Below, in pieces: positions 18,547-28,489 of a stretch of 64,000 bases of DNA (the stretch's first letter is position 1; each line of letters opens with the position of its first letter). The stretch is taken from positions 4,782 to 68,781 of the forward strand of contig JABGQW010000014.1 in the NCBI GenBank assembly GCA_018648585.1. Direction: 5' to 3'. Position numbers and translations under genes: made by a program. The notes below the pieces were generated by a model that was given only the letters and a program-made list of their open reading frames with translations, was not told where the DNA came from and searched no databases. This stretch comes from a bacterium (lineage in GTDB: Bacteria; Patescibacteriota; Gracilibacteria; UBA4473).

Positions 18547-19758
18547 ATGAAACAGCTTTTTTCTTCGATTTCAAAACACCTGAAAAAAATACAGGCGCCC
18601 GCTCCCACTCCAAAACCGGAAATAAAAATTCCGCACGCACCGCAGGAGTCCGCTGAAAAATCACAAAAAGTTGAAATCGACATTTCGACAAAAACCGTCG
18701 TAAAAATTTTGTTGGTGATCGTTTTGTGTTTCGCCGCAATGACCGTCGTCGTGCAACTGAAAAATTTACTGATTATGGTTTTTATTTCTGGGCTGCTGAC
18801 GCTCGGAATCAGTCCGCTGCTGGATCGATTGGAAAAAAACAAAATCCCGCGCCCGCTCGCAATCGCCATTTTGTACGTTGTGTTTCTCGGATTGCTGGCG
18901 ATTTTATTCATTCAAATTATTCCAATTCTCTCGGAACAACTGATGGCAATCGCCCATGATTTGAAAAATAATGTTTTCTCGAATAATTTTGAAATCAACA
19001 TCGGCGGTATTGAATTGATAAAACTCGAAACCGACGAATTCCAAACGTTGCTCGCGGACAACTTGGCAGCTTTTTCAAAAAATCTTCAAAATGTTGCCGG
19101 ATCAACTCTGGACATCATCAGCTCTATTTTCCAGGGCGTTTTCAATTTGTTGTTCACGCTGACATTATTATTTTTTATGTTGCTGGAACGAGAACGAATC
19201 GGGATTTCGTTGCTGAAACTTTTTCCAATTAAAAATCAGGCGTACGTCATTCAAAAAACACGATCCGTGCAAAAGAAAATCGCGGAATGGTTTCGCGGAC
19301 AATTTATTTTGATGCTCATCGTGGGACTCTGGATGTACGTCGGAATGATGATTTTGGGCTGGACCGTCGGCATCGAGTACGCCGCGACAATTGCCATTTT
19401 GGCCGCATTTGCAGAACTTCTTCCGTACGTCGGACCATTTATCACGTATATTTTCGTCGGATTGATCGCCAGCAACATTTCGATGCCGGCAGTGATTTTC
19501 GGACTCGCATTTGTTGCGCTCACTCAATTTTTGGAAGGAAATTTCCTCGTTCCCGTCGTAATGAAAAAAGCCGTCGGACTTTCGTCCGTGATGGTAATTC
19601 TCGCGTTGGCGATCGGTGGAGCGCTCGGATACGCGTCCGGCGGTGTCGCAACCGCGATCGTCGGAATGATTTTCTCAATTCCCGTCGCTGCGTCCATCGC
19701 AATCATCATCGAAGAAGAACAAACTTCTCGTCGCACACGAAAACAGAAACACGAATAA
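18547..19758 (+). CDS. AI-2E (PerM) family transporter
   Basis: Multiple transmembrane helices; PRPLAI, WFRGQ, LLPYVGP, QFLEGNFLVPVVM...VGLS, GMIFSIP. Confidence 0.92.
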   Translation: MKQLFSSISKHLKKIQAPAPTPKPEIKIPHAPQESAEKSQKVEIDISTKTVVKILLVIVLCFAAMTVVVQLKNLLIMVFISGLLTLGISPLLDRLEKNKIPRPLAIAILYVVFLGLLAILFIQIIPILSEQLMAIAHDLKNNVFSNNFEINIGGIELIKLETDEFQTLLADNLAAFSKNLQNVAGSTLDIISSIFQGVFNLLFTLTLLFFMLLERERIGISLLKLFPIKNQAYVIQKTRSVQKKIAEWFRGQFILMLIVGLWMYVGMMILGWTVGIEYAATIAILAAFAELLPYVGPFITYIFVGLIASNISMPAVIFGLAFVALTQFLEGNFLVPVVMKKAVGLSSVMVILALAIGGALGYASGGVATAIVGMIFSIPVAASIAIIIEEEQTSRRTRKQKHE

Positions 19759-20601
19759 TTACGGCGTAATTCGTGCGAAAAAAATCTGCCCGCTCGCGTC
19801 TGGAAAAAAATCTATTTTTGACGGAGCAAATATTTTTTTAATTTCCGAAACCTGCGTCGGCAAAAACTCGAGCCAGAGCTCACGGAACTGAACGCGGGAA
19901 AGTTTCGATCGAAATTTCCGCAAATGATCAAGTCCGTCCGAACCAGAAAAAATCGCCGTTTTGGGTTCGCGTCGAACTTCCCGAGAAATTGAAATTTTTG
20001 TCGGAACGTACGGCAAATTTGCCACGATCAAATCGAAAAAATCACCGTCGTCAATTTTTTGGAGAAAATCGGACACGAGAAAATTGACGCAAACCGAGTT
20101 CCGTTCGGCATTTTTTTTCGCAATTTGCAGCGCCGCCGGAGAAAAATCGAGCGCGGTCACAAATGCGTCAGGAAATTTTTTTGCCAAAAAAATCGCGAGA
20201 TTTCCACTCCCCGTTCCGACGTCGAGAATTTTTTCCGGAGAAAAACTGCGTGGTGATTTCCAAATTGTTTCGGCCAAAACCTCCGTTTCATCGCGCGGAA
20301 TCAACACCGCCGGAGAAACACCGAGCGAAAGATTTGCCCAATTTTTTTCGCCCAAAATGTACGCCACCGGCTCCCCGTGCGCACGACGCCGGATAAATTT
20401 TCGAAATTTTTTTTGCTGCGCCACTGACAAAAAATCGTCCACGTTTTTTTTGAGAAAAACTCGATCCACTTCCAAAACGGCCGCGAGCAAAACTTCCGAT
20501 TCCAACCGCGACGATTGGAAATTTTTCAAGACTTTTTCTGCCCAAAAAAGAGCCGACCGAATCGACCACTTTTTTTGAAAAAAGAAATCGCCGAAGATCA
20601 T
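19759..20601 (-). CDS. prmC: Release factor glutamine methyltransferase PrmC/HemK
   Basis: RRAHGEPVAYILG, VLIPRDETE, LDVGTGSG, ANLPYVP, EPKTAIFSGSDGL. Confidence 0.93.
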   Translation of the reverse strand: MIFGDFFFQKKWSIRSALFWAEKVLKNFQSSRLESEVLLAAVLEVDRVFLKKNVDDFLSVAQQKKFRKFIRRRAHGEPVAYILGEKNWANLSLGVSPAVLIPRDETEVLAETIWKSPRSFSPEKILDVGTGSGNLAIFLAKKFPDAFVTALDFSPAALQIAKKNAERNSVCVNFLVSDFLQKIDDGDFFDLIVANLPYVPTKISISREVRREPKTAIFSGSDGLDHLRKFRSKLSRVQFRELWLEFLPTQVSEIKKIFAPSKIDFFPDASGQIFFARITP

Positions 20602-20807
20602 CAGCTCATATACTGCTTTCGTTTCGCTTCATCGCGGTGTCCCTCTCGAGCGATTGCTGCTTCGCGAACTTTACGTTTTTGTAATTTCTGCGCAAAATAG
20701 CGGCCGCTACGAAATTTTTTGAGGAGTCCGCGCGATTTGATGTGCGAACCGAATCGTTTGATCATTCGATCGACAGATTCTCCGTCTTTGAGTGTCACTT
20801 TAATCAT
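20601..20807 (-). CDS. rpsU: 30S ribosomal protein S21
   Basis: MIKVTLKDGESVDRMIKRF...GLLKKFRSGRYF. Confidence 0.88.
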   Translation of the reverse strand: MIKVTLKDGESVDRMIKRFGSHIKSRGLLKKFRSGRYFAQKLQKRKVREAAIAREGHRDEAKRKQYMS

Positions 20808-20850
20808 CGCGGCGAATTTTAAGTTTTCACAGACTTTTGTCAAAATTTTT

Positions 20851-22065
20851 TCACGGTTCAAACCGAATCGGCGTCAAAAGACGTGATTCAATTTCTGTTG
20901 GAGTGGTCTGATAATTCCCTTTCCCCTGCAAAGATGAGTTGGAATCCCACGAAGAAATCGTCGTTGCGGTCAGCGATTCCAGGGAAAGTGTGCCATCGCC
21001 CGCGGTTTGATAAAACGGAGAATCCTCAATCGGACGCATTTGAATTCGTAAAATGTACTCATCACCCGGAAGTATATTTTGATCCACACCGCTGATAAAT
21101 GCAGTTCCCGTGCGGGAAATTTGTTGCACTTGTTCAAATCCAGGACCGGTTACCAAAATTTCAAAATATCGCACGGGGCCAACGTTTGTTCGAGAAAAAC
21201 GCAGTCGAAATTCAGTCGAATGAACCGTCACCGTGTTTTCGAGTAAATTTTCAAATCGAACATTTCCCACCGATTTCCAGTCATTTCCTGTTTCGAGAAC
21301 CACTGCCGATTCATCGGCCTCGGTGGAAATGTTGAGCGTCTGCCGTTTTATGTCGTATCCCTGCAGATTTGGATTGAAATCCGTTCCACGAGGAAGTGCC
21401 ACGCGACGCGCGTCTCGTTTGAGCGCTGCTGAAAATTCGTTAACTTTGGACGTTCCCATCAATCGAGGTTTTTCCAAAATCTGTGCGACTTGCCACGCCG
21501 CTTCCGATCGGGTGACGAGTTTTTCTGGCAAAAATTTTGTAGAATCTGGATACCGAATCAAATCATTTTCGTGCAACGCAAAAACGGGATCGGCAAACCA
21601 AACTTTCGAAGGAACATCTTGAAACGAAGGAATTTCATCTCGATCGGGTTCCAGTTCGAATGCGCGCGTCAAAATCGTCGCCCACTCCGCGCGCGTCAAC
21701 GACGCTCCCGGACGAAATGTTCCATCGCTGTATCCCTGAATCCATTCTCGTGCGGTCGCCTCCCCCACGGCTTTTTCAAACCATTCGCCACGTGAAACAT
21801 CTTTGAAACGCGCTTGCGCCGTACCCGCATCGTAATCGATTCCTTTTGTGCGGAACAAAATAACGAGCGCTTCCGCACGATTTATCACCGTGTTTGGACG
21901 AAAAGTTCGATCCGCAAATCCAGTCATAATTCCTGCTTCCTGCACTTTTTCAACGGAATTTTCTGCCCACTGCGGAATATCATCTTCGTCGACAAAATCT
22001 GTCTGCGAAAAAACAATTCCGGGGACACACAAAGGAATCACGAGAACGAGAAATATTTTTTTCAT
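20851..22065 (-). CDS. S-layer homology (SLH) domain protein
   Basis: Signal peptide followed by three SLH repeats (GIMTGFADRTFRPNTVINRAE; GYSDGTFRPGASLTRAE; FLPEKLVTRSE). Confidence 0.9.
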   Translation of the reverse strand: MKKIFLVLVIPLCVPGIVFSQTDFVDEDDIPQWAENSVEKVQEAGIMTGFADRTFRPNTVINRAEALVILFRTKGIDYDAGTAQARFKDVSRGEWFEKAVGEATAREWIQGYSDGTFRPGASLTRAEWATILTRAFELEPDRDEIPSFQDVPSKVWFADPVFALHENDLIRYPDSTKFLPEKLVTRSEAAWQVAQILEKPRLMGTSKVNEFSAALKRDARRVALPRGTDFNPNLQGYDIKRQTLNISTEADESAVVLETGNDWKSVGNVRFENLLENTVTVHSTEFRLRFSRTNVGPVRYFEILVTGPGFEQVQQISRTGTAFISGVDQNILPGDEYILRIQMRPIEDSPFYQTAGDGTLSLESLTATTISSWDSNSSLQGKGNYQTTPTEIESRLLTPIRFEP

Positions 22066-22167
22066 TTCAAGAAAAACAACCGAAGAAAAAATTTTTTGTG
22101 ACAACTTTTGTCGGGATTCATTGTACTCGCCTTGCTTTTTTCTGCAAATTCCACTACACATAATCCC

Positions 22168-23286
22168 GTGAGAAAACAAAATATCGTCTTCGTTGGGTTT
22201 CGCGGCGCAGGAAAATCGAAATTTGGTCGTGCCGTCGCTCTCGCTGCAGGTTTGCCGTTTGCAGATCTCGATGCTGAAGTTGAATTTGTCCTCGACGAAC
22301 CGATCGTCGATTTTGTGGAGAAACACGGCTGGCAAGTTTTTCGAGAAGTTGAACAGCGCGTGACACACGATTTTTCGCGGAATTTTTCGGGAGTCATCGC
22401 CACTGGTGGCGGAACAATCGAGAATTCGAAGAATCTTCAAAATTTGAAAAAAAACTCAACGTTTGTTTTTATCAACCCAAATTTTTCTGCGGTGAAAAAA
22501 CATTTAATTGCAGAAGAATCCAAAGGTCGATATCAACGAGTAAATCCCGCACTTCCGCTCGCACAAGAACTCGATCAATTGTGGATGCAACGAAAAGATA
22601 TTTATTCTGCGACAGCCGATTTGGAAGTCACTCCTGATTTTAATGGAAACCCAGAGGAAGAAGGGAAACAAATTCTCGAACAGATTTCAAAAACAAATTT
22701 TCCAAAAATTCCTCCCGTCAAAAAAATCGCCATTTTTTCCTCGAGAAATGGAAGTACGCTGCAGGGAATTTTGGATGCACAAAAAAAAGGAAGAATTCCA
22801 AATGTGGAACTCGAACTTTTTGTGACGGACAAAAAAGATGCCGGTGCGCTGAAAAAAGCGAAAGGAAATTTTCACCGCGTGGAAATTTTTGAACAGGACA
22901 AAAAAATGTCGCGCGAAGAATACGATCGCGAATTGATGAATTTGCTGCGCGAAAATAAACCAGATTTAATTTTGCTCGCGGGCTGGATGCGAATTTTATC
23001 GCCACTTTTTTGCGAACAATTTGGAAATCAAACATACAACGTACATCCGTCGTTGTTGCCAAAATTCGCAGGTTTGATGGGCGATGACGTGCATCGCGCC
23101 GTTCTCGATTCAGAAGAAAAATACACCGGCTGCACAATTCATCGAGTGAGCGCCACGGTCGACACCGGCGAAACGGTGTTGCAACGAAAAGTGCTCATCG
23201 ACGAGCAGGACACCATCGAAAGTCTGCGCAAAAAAGTCCAAAAACAAGAAATTCTGGGATTTTGCGAAGCGCTCGAACGGCGGTAA
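22168..23286 (+). CDS. purN: Fusion of shikimate kinase (AroK-like) and phosphoribosylglycinamide formyltransferase (PurN)
   Basis: N-half: NIVFVGFRGAGKS...DLD...GWQVFREVE...IATGGG; C-half: IAIFSSRNGSTLQ...LAGWMRIL...NVHPSLLPKF...TGCTIHRV...VDTG. Confidence 0.9.
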   Translation: MRKQNIVFVGFRGAGKSKFGRAVALAAGLPFADLDAEVEFVLDEPIVDFVEKHGWQVFREVEQRVTHDFSRNFSGVIATGGGTIENSKNLQNLKKNSTFVFINPNFSAVKKHLIAEESKGRYQRVNPALPLAQELDQLWMQRKDIYSATADLEVTPDFNGNPEEEGKQILEQISKTNFPKIPPVKKIAIFSSRNGSTLQGILDAQKKGRIPNVELELFVTDKKDAGALKKAKGNFHRVEIFEQDKKMSREEYDRELMNLLRENKPDLILLAGWMRILSPLFCEQFGNQTYNVHPSLLPKFAGLMGDDVHRAVLDSEEKYTGCTIHRVSATVDTGETVLQRKVLIDEQDTIESLRKKVQKQEILGFCEALERR

Positions 23287-23339
23287 AAATTTTCGGAATC
23301 AGCGCACAACGAAAAAATAGGTCGCCAGTTTTTTGAAAA

Positions 23340-25133
23340 TCATTTCCCAAATCTCCGCACCACGGTTGTGTTTGTCGGCAATCCAGAAACCTGGAATCCA
23401 CTCAACCAGTCGCCAGAATTTGTGCTGTGCGGTATTCCTGAAAAATCAGACCAGATGAAGTTTTTTTCGGTGGAACGAAGCGCCGCGAGCGTGTCGACAT
23501 TGCGCGTCGAATCGCCCAAAATGTTGACCGAAATCGCATCTCCGTTGGAATTCCCAACCGATTCCGTCGCAACGCGGAGCCCGAATTTTGTGGGAGAATC
23601 TTTGGAAATTAAAATTTCTTTTGTCGGATCAAAAATTACGCGCGTTCCGGAAATGGAAAAATCTCCAGATTCTCGGTACTGCTGCGTTCCGACAATTCGC
23701 ACGAGTTCAAAATCGTCCGGAGAAATCGTCCCACCAGCAAAATCGAGTCCGCTGAGAAAAACACCAAATGAAATTCGACCAAGCGACACATCGTTTCGCC
23801 CTTCTCCAGAAAGAAAAAATCGAAACGCCGTCTCCGGCCCGACTCCGACGGCAAATCCATCCGGTTGATCCGCAACGGAAGCCGTGATTACATTTTTCAC
23901 AACCGTAAAAGTTTCGTTGTCGATCGCGAAATTTTTGTTGGCATCCGGCACTTCTTTTCCTGATCCAACGCCCTGCACTTTCAAATCCTGTGATTCGATC
24001 GTGAGCCGAAACTGCGTGTTGACGACACTCGAGCGAATTTTTTCATCAAGCGTCACCTGGAATCCGATCGGGAGCTGCGATCCGCCACGAGCCACTGCCA
24101 GCCGTGGTGAAAAATTGAATCGCGCCCGTCCGTTGACAAATCGCGAAGTCGCGAGCGTTTTTCCGGTGCGCAAATCAATCGCCGAAATTTTATCGACAAA
24201 CGAATCCACCGCTCCGTTGGAAATCGTGTCAGAAACAGTAATTTCGCGAATCAACATGTCATCGTAGTACGCAGAAAATGTCGTGGACAAAACCATCGCG
24301 GACTGCCCCGCCGCGAGCATTTTTCCGTAAATTTTTGTGTTGCCGCCAGAAAAAACACTCGTTCCCGTCGACACCGGCGTCGGATCAAAAACGATCTGAT
24401 CGGAAATTGGCGTTCCGACAATTTGTACGGGGAAATCTTTGTTTTCAGTCTCGACCGCCGCCCGCGCGCCCGTGAAACGAACCCGAAGCGTTCCCGGAAT
24501 ATTCGGCGTATTTTCTGGATCAAAAATTTTAATGGCAATCGGCAACGACAACGTTTCTCCACGCGCCATCCGCGCTCCGTGCAAATTGAGCGTCACTTTT
24601 CCATTTGAATCGAAAGAAAATTCTTCGTCATTTCCTTCCACCACGAGACGTAAATTTTCAAGATCAGCAGAAATTCCCGTGTTTCCAAAAATCTGAAAAT
24701 CAAGTTTGTTCAACAGAACAGCCGGAATAAATTCCGTACTTTTCGCGGAATTGTGATGTGAAAATCCAAGCGTAAAAATACGCACCGGCGTCGAATCAAT
24801 TTCCCACACCGAACTGGACGCACGCACGGGCGTGACGGTTGCTCGAATGTATTTTTCGGGCGCCGCCGCCTGAAGTGTTTTTGTTCTCTTGACAGTCGAA
24901 GTCTGTGCGCCTGCATCGTTTCCGCTCCGACTACTCCGGTAGTATCGCGGACTGCGATAATTTTTGTTGTACTCCACCGCGTCGGCCAAATCCGATTCTT
25001 CGTTCACGTTGTAACTTTGGATCCAGGTTTTCCAGTACGTTGGGTACCACGCAGCATCTGCCGTGGAAATAAAAAACGTCGCGCCGAAAAAAAAGGTCAA
25101 TCCCGTCGCCAGCCAAAAATTCATTTTTTTCAT
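23340..25133 (-). CDS. Secreted beta-rich surface protein with about three repeated Ig-like modules
   Basis: Signal peptide ending ADA; Y/R-rich N-terminus; repeated beta-strand modules. Confidence 0.75.
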   Translation of the reverse strand: MKKMNFWLATGLTFFFGATFFISTADAAWYPTYWKTWIQSYNVNEESDLADAVEYNKNYRSPRYYRSSRSGNDAGAQTSTVKRTKTLQAAAPEKYIRATVTPVRASSSVWEIDSTPVRIFTLGFSHHNSAKSTEFIPAVLLNKLDFQIFGNTGISADLENLRLVVEGNDEEFSFDSNGKVTLNLHGARMARGETLSLPIAIKIFDPENTPNIPGTLRVRFTGARAAVETENKDFPVQIVGTPISDQIVFDPTPVSTGTSVFSGGNTKIYGKMLAAGQSAMVLSTTFSAYYDDMLIREITVSDTISNGAVDSFVDKISAIDLRTGKTLATSRFVNGRARFNFSPRLAVARGGSQLPIGFQVTLDEKIRSSVVNTQFRLTIESQDLKVQGVGSGKEVPDANKNFAIDNETFTVVKNVITASVADQPDGFAVGVGPETAFRFFLSGEGRNDVSLGRISFGVFLSGLDFAGGTISPDDFELVRIVGTQQYRESGDFSISGTRVIFDPTKEILISKDSPTKFGLRVATESVGNSNGDAISVNILGDSTRNVDTLAALRSTEKNFIWSDFSGIPHSTNSGDWLSGFQVSGLPTNTTVVRRFGK

Positions 25134-25182
25134 CTCACGCAGGATAACAAATTTTTGGGAAATTGGTGACAGTTTTTATTTT

Positions 25183-25209
25183 AAAAAAGTCCGCTTCCGC
25201 GAACTTTTT
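25183..25209 (-). terminator. Rho-independent terminator
   Basis: Minus strand AAGTTCGC-GGAA-GCGGACTT followed by a T-run, downstream of 25244..26137. Confidence 0.65.
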
Positions 25210-25243
25210 CTCCCTCATTTCTGTGTGTTCCTCTCCAGAACTG

Positions 25244-26137
25244 TTATTCGTCGATGTTGAAAATGTGTCGCATCTCCGCCGGATACAATCGAAATGAATC
25301 GAAAAAAACTTTTGAAGTAGCGATCGATTTTGTCGCGGAACTCACATTCGAACGAGTTTCGATGAGAAAAACTTCTCCATCGATTCCAGAAACAAAATGA
25401 CGCGCAACAAATTCTTCTGTTCCACCGGACAATCCAACGAAACTTTCTGTGTACTCATTTGTCTGTTCAAACGATCCCAAAATGTTGTCTGATTTTCGTG
25501 CGGAACGATAAACCTGGCTCATGTTTGTCATTTTTTCAAGCGGATTCATCGCGTTTTCATTTTTTGCCAATGCCACCGCACACGTCATAAAACTCTCGCT
25601 GGTGCATCCGTTTTCGAAACGCTGCACGCTCACCGAAAAATGCGAATCGGATCCCAAATGAAAAATGCCATTTTCATCGTGCGTGGGAATCCAGCCGCTC
25701 GGAATCTGCAGTGAAAAATAATCGTTGGCGTACGTCACAAATTCGTACGGCGCCGAATCGAGTGTTTTTGGCATCGGAATCGTGAGACGCGCTGAGTTTC
25801 GATTTTGAAAACTTCGGATGTTCTCACTCGCAGGACGAACAACATGTTTTGAAACCGGTTTGCGCGTGTTGTCGTACAAATATCGTTTGTCACCAGTTGG
25901 ATAGCGCAGATTTGGAATCAACTGATTCGTTACTTTTCGATCTTGACGATTTCCCGTTCGCGACGAAAGCGAACGACGCAAAACTCCCTGTCGATCAGAA
26001 AAATGACGCTCAGTTCGATACTCCGTCGCTTTTTTGACTAAATATTGTTGGTACACATCCCGCGATGCGCTTCCCAACGGAATGAGCGCTGCCGCCAGAG
26101 CTGAAATTCCGAGACCGATGAAGAGAAATTTTTTCAT
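25244..26137 (-). CDS. Secreted protein with Y/R-rich N-terminus and PsbP-like C-terminal domain
   Basis: Signal peptide; YANDYFSLQIPSGW and terminal FFDSFRL resemble PsbP/DcrB-type folds (inference). Confidence 0.7.
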   Translation of the reverse strand: MKKFLFIGLGISALAAALIPLGSASRDVYQQYLVKKATEYRTERHFSDRQGVLRRSLSSRTGNRQDRKVTNQLIPNLRYPTGDKRYLYDNTRKPVSKHVVRPASENIRSFQNRNSARLTIPMPKTLDSAPYEFVTYANDYFSLQIPSGWIPTHDENGIFHLGSDSHFSVSVQRFENGCTSESFMTCAVALAKNENAMNPLEKMTNMSQVYRSARKSDNILGSFEQTNEYTESFVGLSGGTEEFVARHFVSGIDGEVFLIETRSNVSSATKSIATSKVFFDSFRLYPAEMRHIFNIDE

Positions 26138-26155
26138 GAGAAAAATAAAAGAAAA

Positions 26156-26974
26156 TTAATATTGAAACTGAAAACTGAGCGCAAGTGAATGCATCAAATT
26201 TTTGGCCACCATCGCATTCTTTTCCGAAGTTTCACCTTCAAGATACGTGATGCTCCCGTCGACGGGATTGAGAAATTGCGTCACAATGTACGTTTTATCG
26301 ATTCCGTGATCGTTGACAAAATACGCTTCGCTCTCCGCCGGATAAAAAAGAATCTGCCCGTCGTGAAACATTTTTTTGAGAACAAACGATCGATCAAATC
26401 CTCTCGGCGTCGTCAGATCGCGGCCACGACGAATGTGTTTTCCGTTGGTGATCGCACAAAACCGAAAACTCGTCGCGTTGCACGTTCCTTCAAATTCTTT
26501 GACGGAAACGAGGAGATCGCTTTTTGGATGGTAAAATTTATTCGCGGAAATTTCTTCAAAATCGGACAAAACACCCAACGAATATTTTTCACGAGCGATT
26601 GTTTCCAGTTCTGGCTCGAAATCCTGGGGAACAAAAGTTTCTCGGAAATCATCCGATGCGCGAACATAATTTTTTTGAGTTTGAACAATATTTTTGTTCC
26701 GTGGAAAAAGGTCCGGATGCATCGATCGGTACAACGAATAATCGCTGCGAGAAAATTGTTTTTCCCGTTGCAATTTCAAACGCAACGCCAAATCTTCGTA
26801 CGTCTGCGCGGGCTGCGTCGAACGCTGCGGCTGATATTTTGCGCGCAAATCTTTCAAATATCGGTACGGCGAAATCCGATCGGAGTGCGGTCGGTACTGC
26901 GACGCTTCGGAAAGAAAAATCATTCCAGCGGCAAGAACCACCGTGGCGAGAACGAGAGCAAGAAATCGTTTCAT
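26156..26974 (-). CDS. Secreted protein, paralog of the neighbouring gene
   Basis: Signal peptide; VSVKEFEGTCNATSFRFCAI aligns with VSVQRFENGCTSESFMTCAV of 25244..26137. Confidence 0.72.
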   Translation of the reverse strand: MKRFLALVLATVVLAAGMIFLSEASQYRPHSDRISPYRYLKDLRAKYQPQRSTQPAQTYEDLALRLKLQREKQFSRSDYSLYRSMHPDLFPRNKNIVQTQKNYVRASDDFRETFVPQDFEPELETIAREKYSLGVLSDFEEISANKFYHPKSDLLVSVKEFEGTCNATSFRFCAITNGKHIRRGRDLTTPRGFDRSFVLKKMFHDGQILFYPAESEAYFVNDHGIDKTYIVTQFLNPVDGSITYLEGETSEKNAMVAKNLMHSLALSFQFQY

Positions 26975-27107
26975 GGAAAATTGAGTTTAAAAACACCAGC
27001 CGACAAGCAGCATTTGGTATTTTTTTATTTCAAGTTCGTTTTAAATAAAACGACAAAAAATGTCAAACCATTTTTGACTTTTCACAAAATCTCGTATTTT
27101 TATAAAA

Positions 27108-27572
27108 TTACGCCGCGTGCAAAACGTACTGTCGGTACAAAACTTCGAGTCGTTCTTTTGCCGTGCGAAAAAGGTCTGCAATCAATTTTTGAATGTGGCG
27201 AATCTGCGCAATTGTCTGCTCCAATTTATCAGCAGAAAATCGTCGCGCGTTCTGGATTTTTTTGACCTGTTTCAGCAATTTCCGCTGCTCGCGTTCGAGA
27301 GAGCGATGCACTCGCCGTCGTTGCACCGTTTCAACGGGAAATTTTATTTCTTTCGTTTTTTTCGTCGGAAGAAATTTTGAAATTCGACCAAACACATCCG
27401 AAAGATCAAATCCTGCCGTTTGTGACTGGTGCTGGCTCGAAGCGGCTCCGGCCTCCCCGACCGTCGCGGAAACTTTTTCTGAAAAAACATCCAAATGTTG
27501 GAGTTCATCGAGTTCTCCGCCGACTTCTGCGGCGAATTGCTGTTGCTCGATTTTATTTTTCAAATCGGTCAT
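27108..27572 (-). CDS. Hypothetical helical protein
   Basis: 154 aa ORF with native codon usage; TTGACA-17-TAAATT upstream. Confidence 0.72.
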   Translation of the reverse strand: MTDLKNKIEQQQFAAEVGGELDELQHLDVFSEKVSATVGEAGAASSQHQSQTAGFDLSDVFGRISKFLPTKKTKEIKFPVETVQRRRVHRSLEREQRKLLKQVKKIQNARRFSADKLEQTIAQIRHIQKLIADLFRTAKERLEVLYRQYVLHAA

Positions 27573-27628
27573 TTCGAGAAAAATTTAGCGAAAAAATGAA
27601 AACTTGTCAAATTATTTTACCATCTTTT

Positions 27629-28390
27629 TTACTTTTTTGCAAGCTCCTGCGCCAATTTTTTGTGAACGGAAACATCGTGCACGCGGAGAAATTCTGTGCC
27701 GGATTCGATCGCGATTTTTGCCGCCGCCAAATTCGGTTGAATTTCAAAACGATTTTCCCCCAAAAACCGTTTTCGCGAGTGACCGATCATCACCCGCTCG
27801 TTCGGAACAAACGAGGAAAATTTCAAAAGTTCACGATTCAAATCCATCGTTTTTCCAAATCCGATTCCCGGATCGAGCACGATTTTTTCAGCAGAAACGC
27901 CCGCCGCGATCAATTCTGATTTTCGAAAAAGAAGCTCGTCAACGACCTGATTTTTTGAACAAATTTCTTGTTCGTGAGCGTCCGCAGAATTTTTTCCGGG
28001 AAAATGGTTGACGATGCAGAGCGGTTGAAATTTTGCGACGAGATCCCGCATTTTGGGATTTTGGAATCCAGAAACGTCGTTCAAAATCGTGCCACCGAGC
28101 GCGAGAAATTTCTCCGCAGTTTCCGGATGAAACGTGTCAAGCGAAAGATTTTCGGGAATAATTTTAAAAAGTTGATCCAAAATCGGAAAAATTCGCGCCC
28201 ACTCCTGATCCGGCGAAATTGTGTCCGCGTCCGGACGCGTGGATTCTCCACCGACATCGAGAAAGTCTACATTTTCTTCGAGCAAATTTCGTGCGTGCTG
28301 CAGTGCCACGAACGGATCGAGAAACTTCCCCCCGTCCGAGAAACTGTCCGGCGTGACATTTAAAATTCCAAATATTTTTACGTTTTTCAT
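27629..28390 (-). CDS. folP: Dihydropteroate synthase
   Basis: GILNVTPDSFSDGG, DVGGESTRP, LDPGIGFGK, GHSRKRF, LRVHDV. Confidence 0.96.
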   Translation of the reverse strand: MKNVKIFGILNVTPDSFSDGGKFLDPFVALQHARNLLEENVDFLDVGGESTRPDADTISPDQEWARIFPILDQLFKIIPENLSLDTFHPETAEKFLALGGTILNDVSGFQNPKMRDLVAKFQPLCIVNHFPGKNSADAHEQEICSKNQVVDELLFRKSELIAAGVSAEKIVLDPGIGFGKTMDLNRELLKFSSFVPNERVMIGHSRKRFLGENRFEIQPNLAAAKIAIESGTEFLRVHDVSVHKKLAQELAKK

Positions 28391-28489
28391 CGTACGCGAA
28401 TTTTACGGAAAATTTTCGTCGCGTCGAACAAAATAACACATTTTTATTTTTCGAAAATATGGTACACTGGCAGCGCTTTTTTTTGGAAA

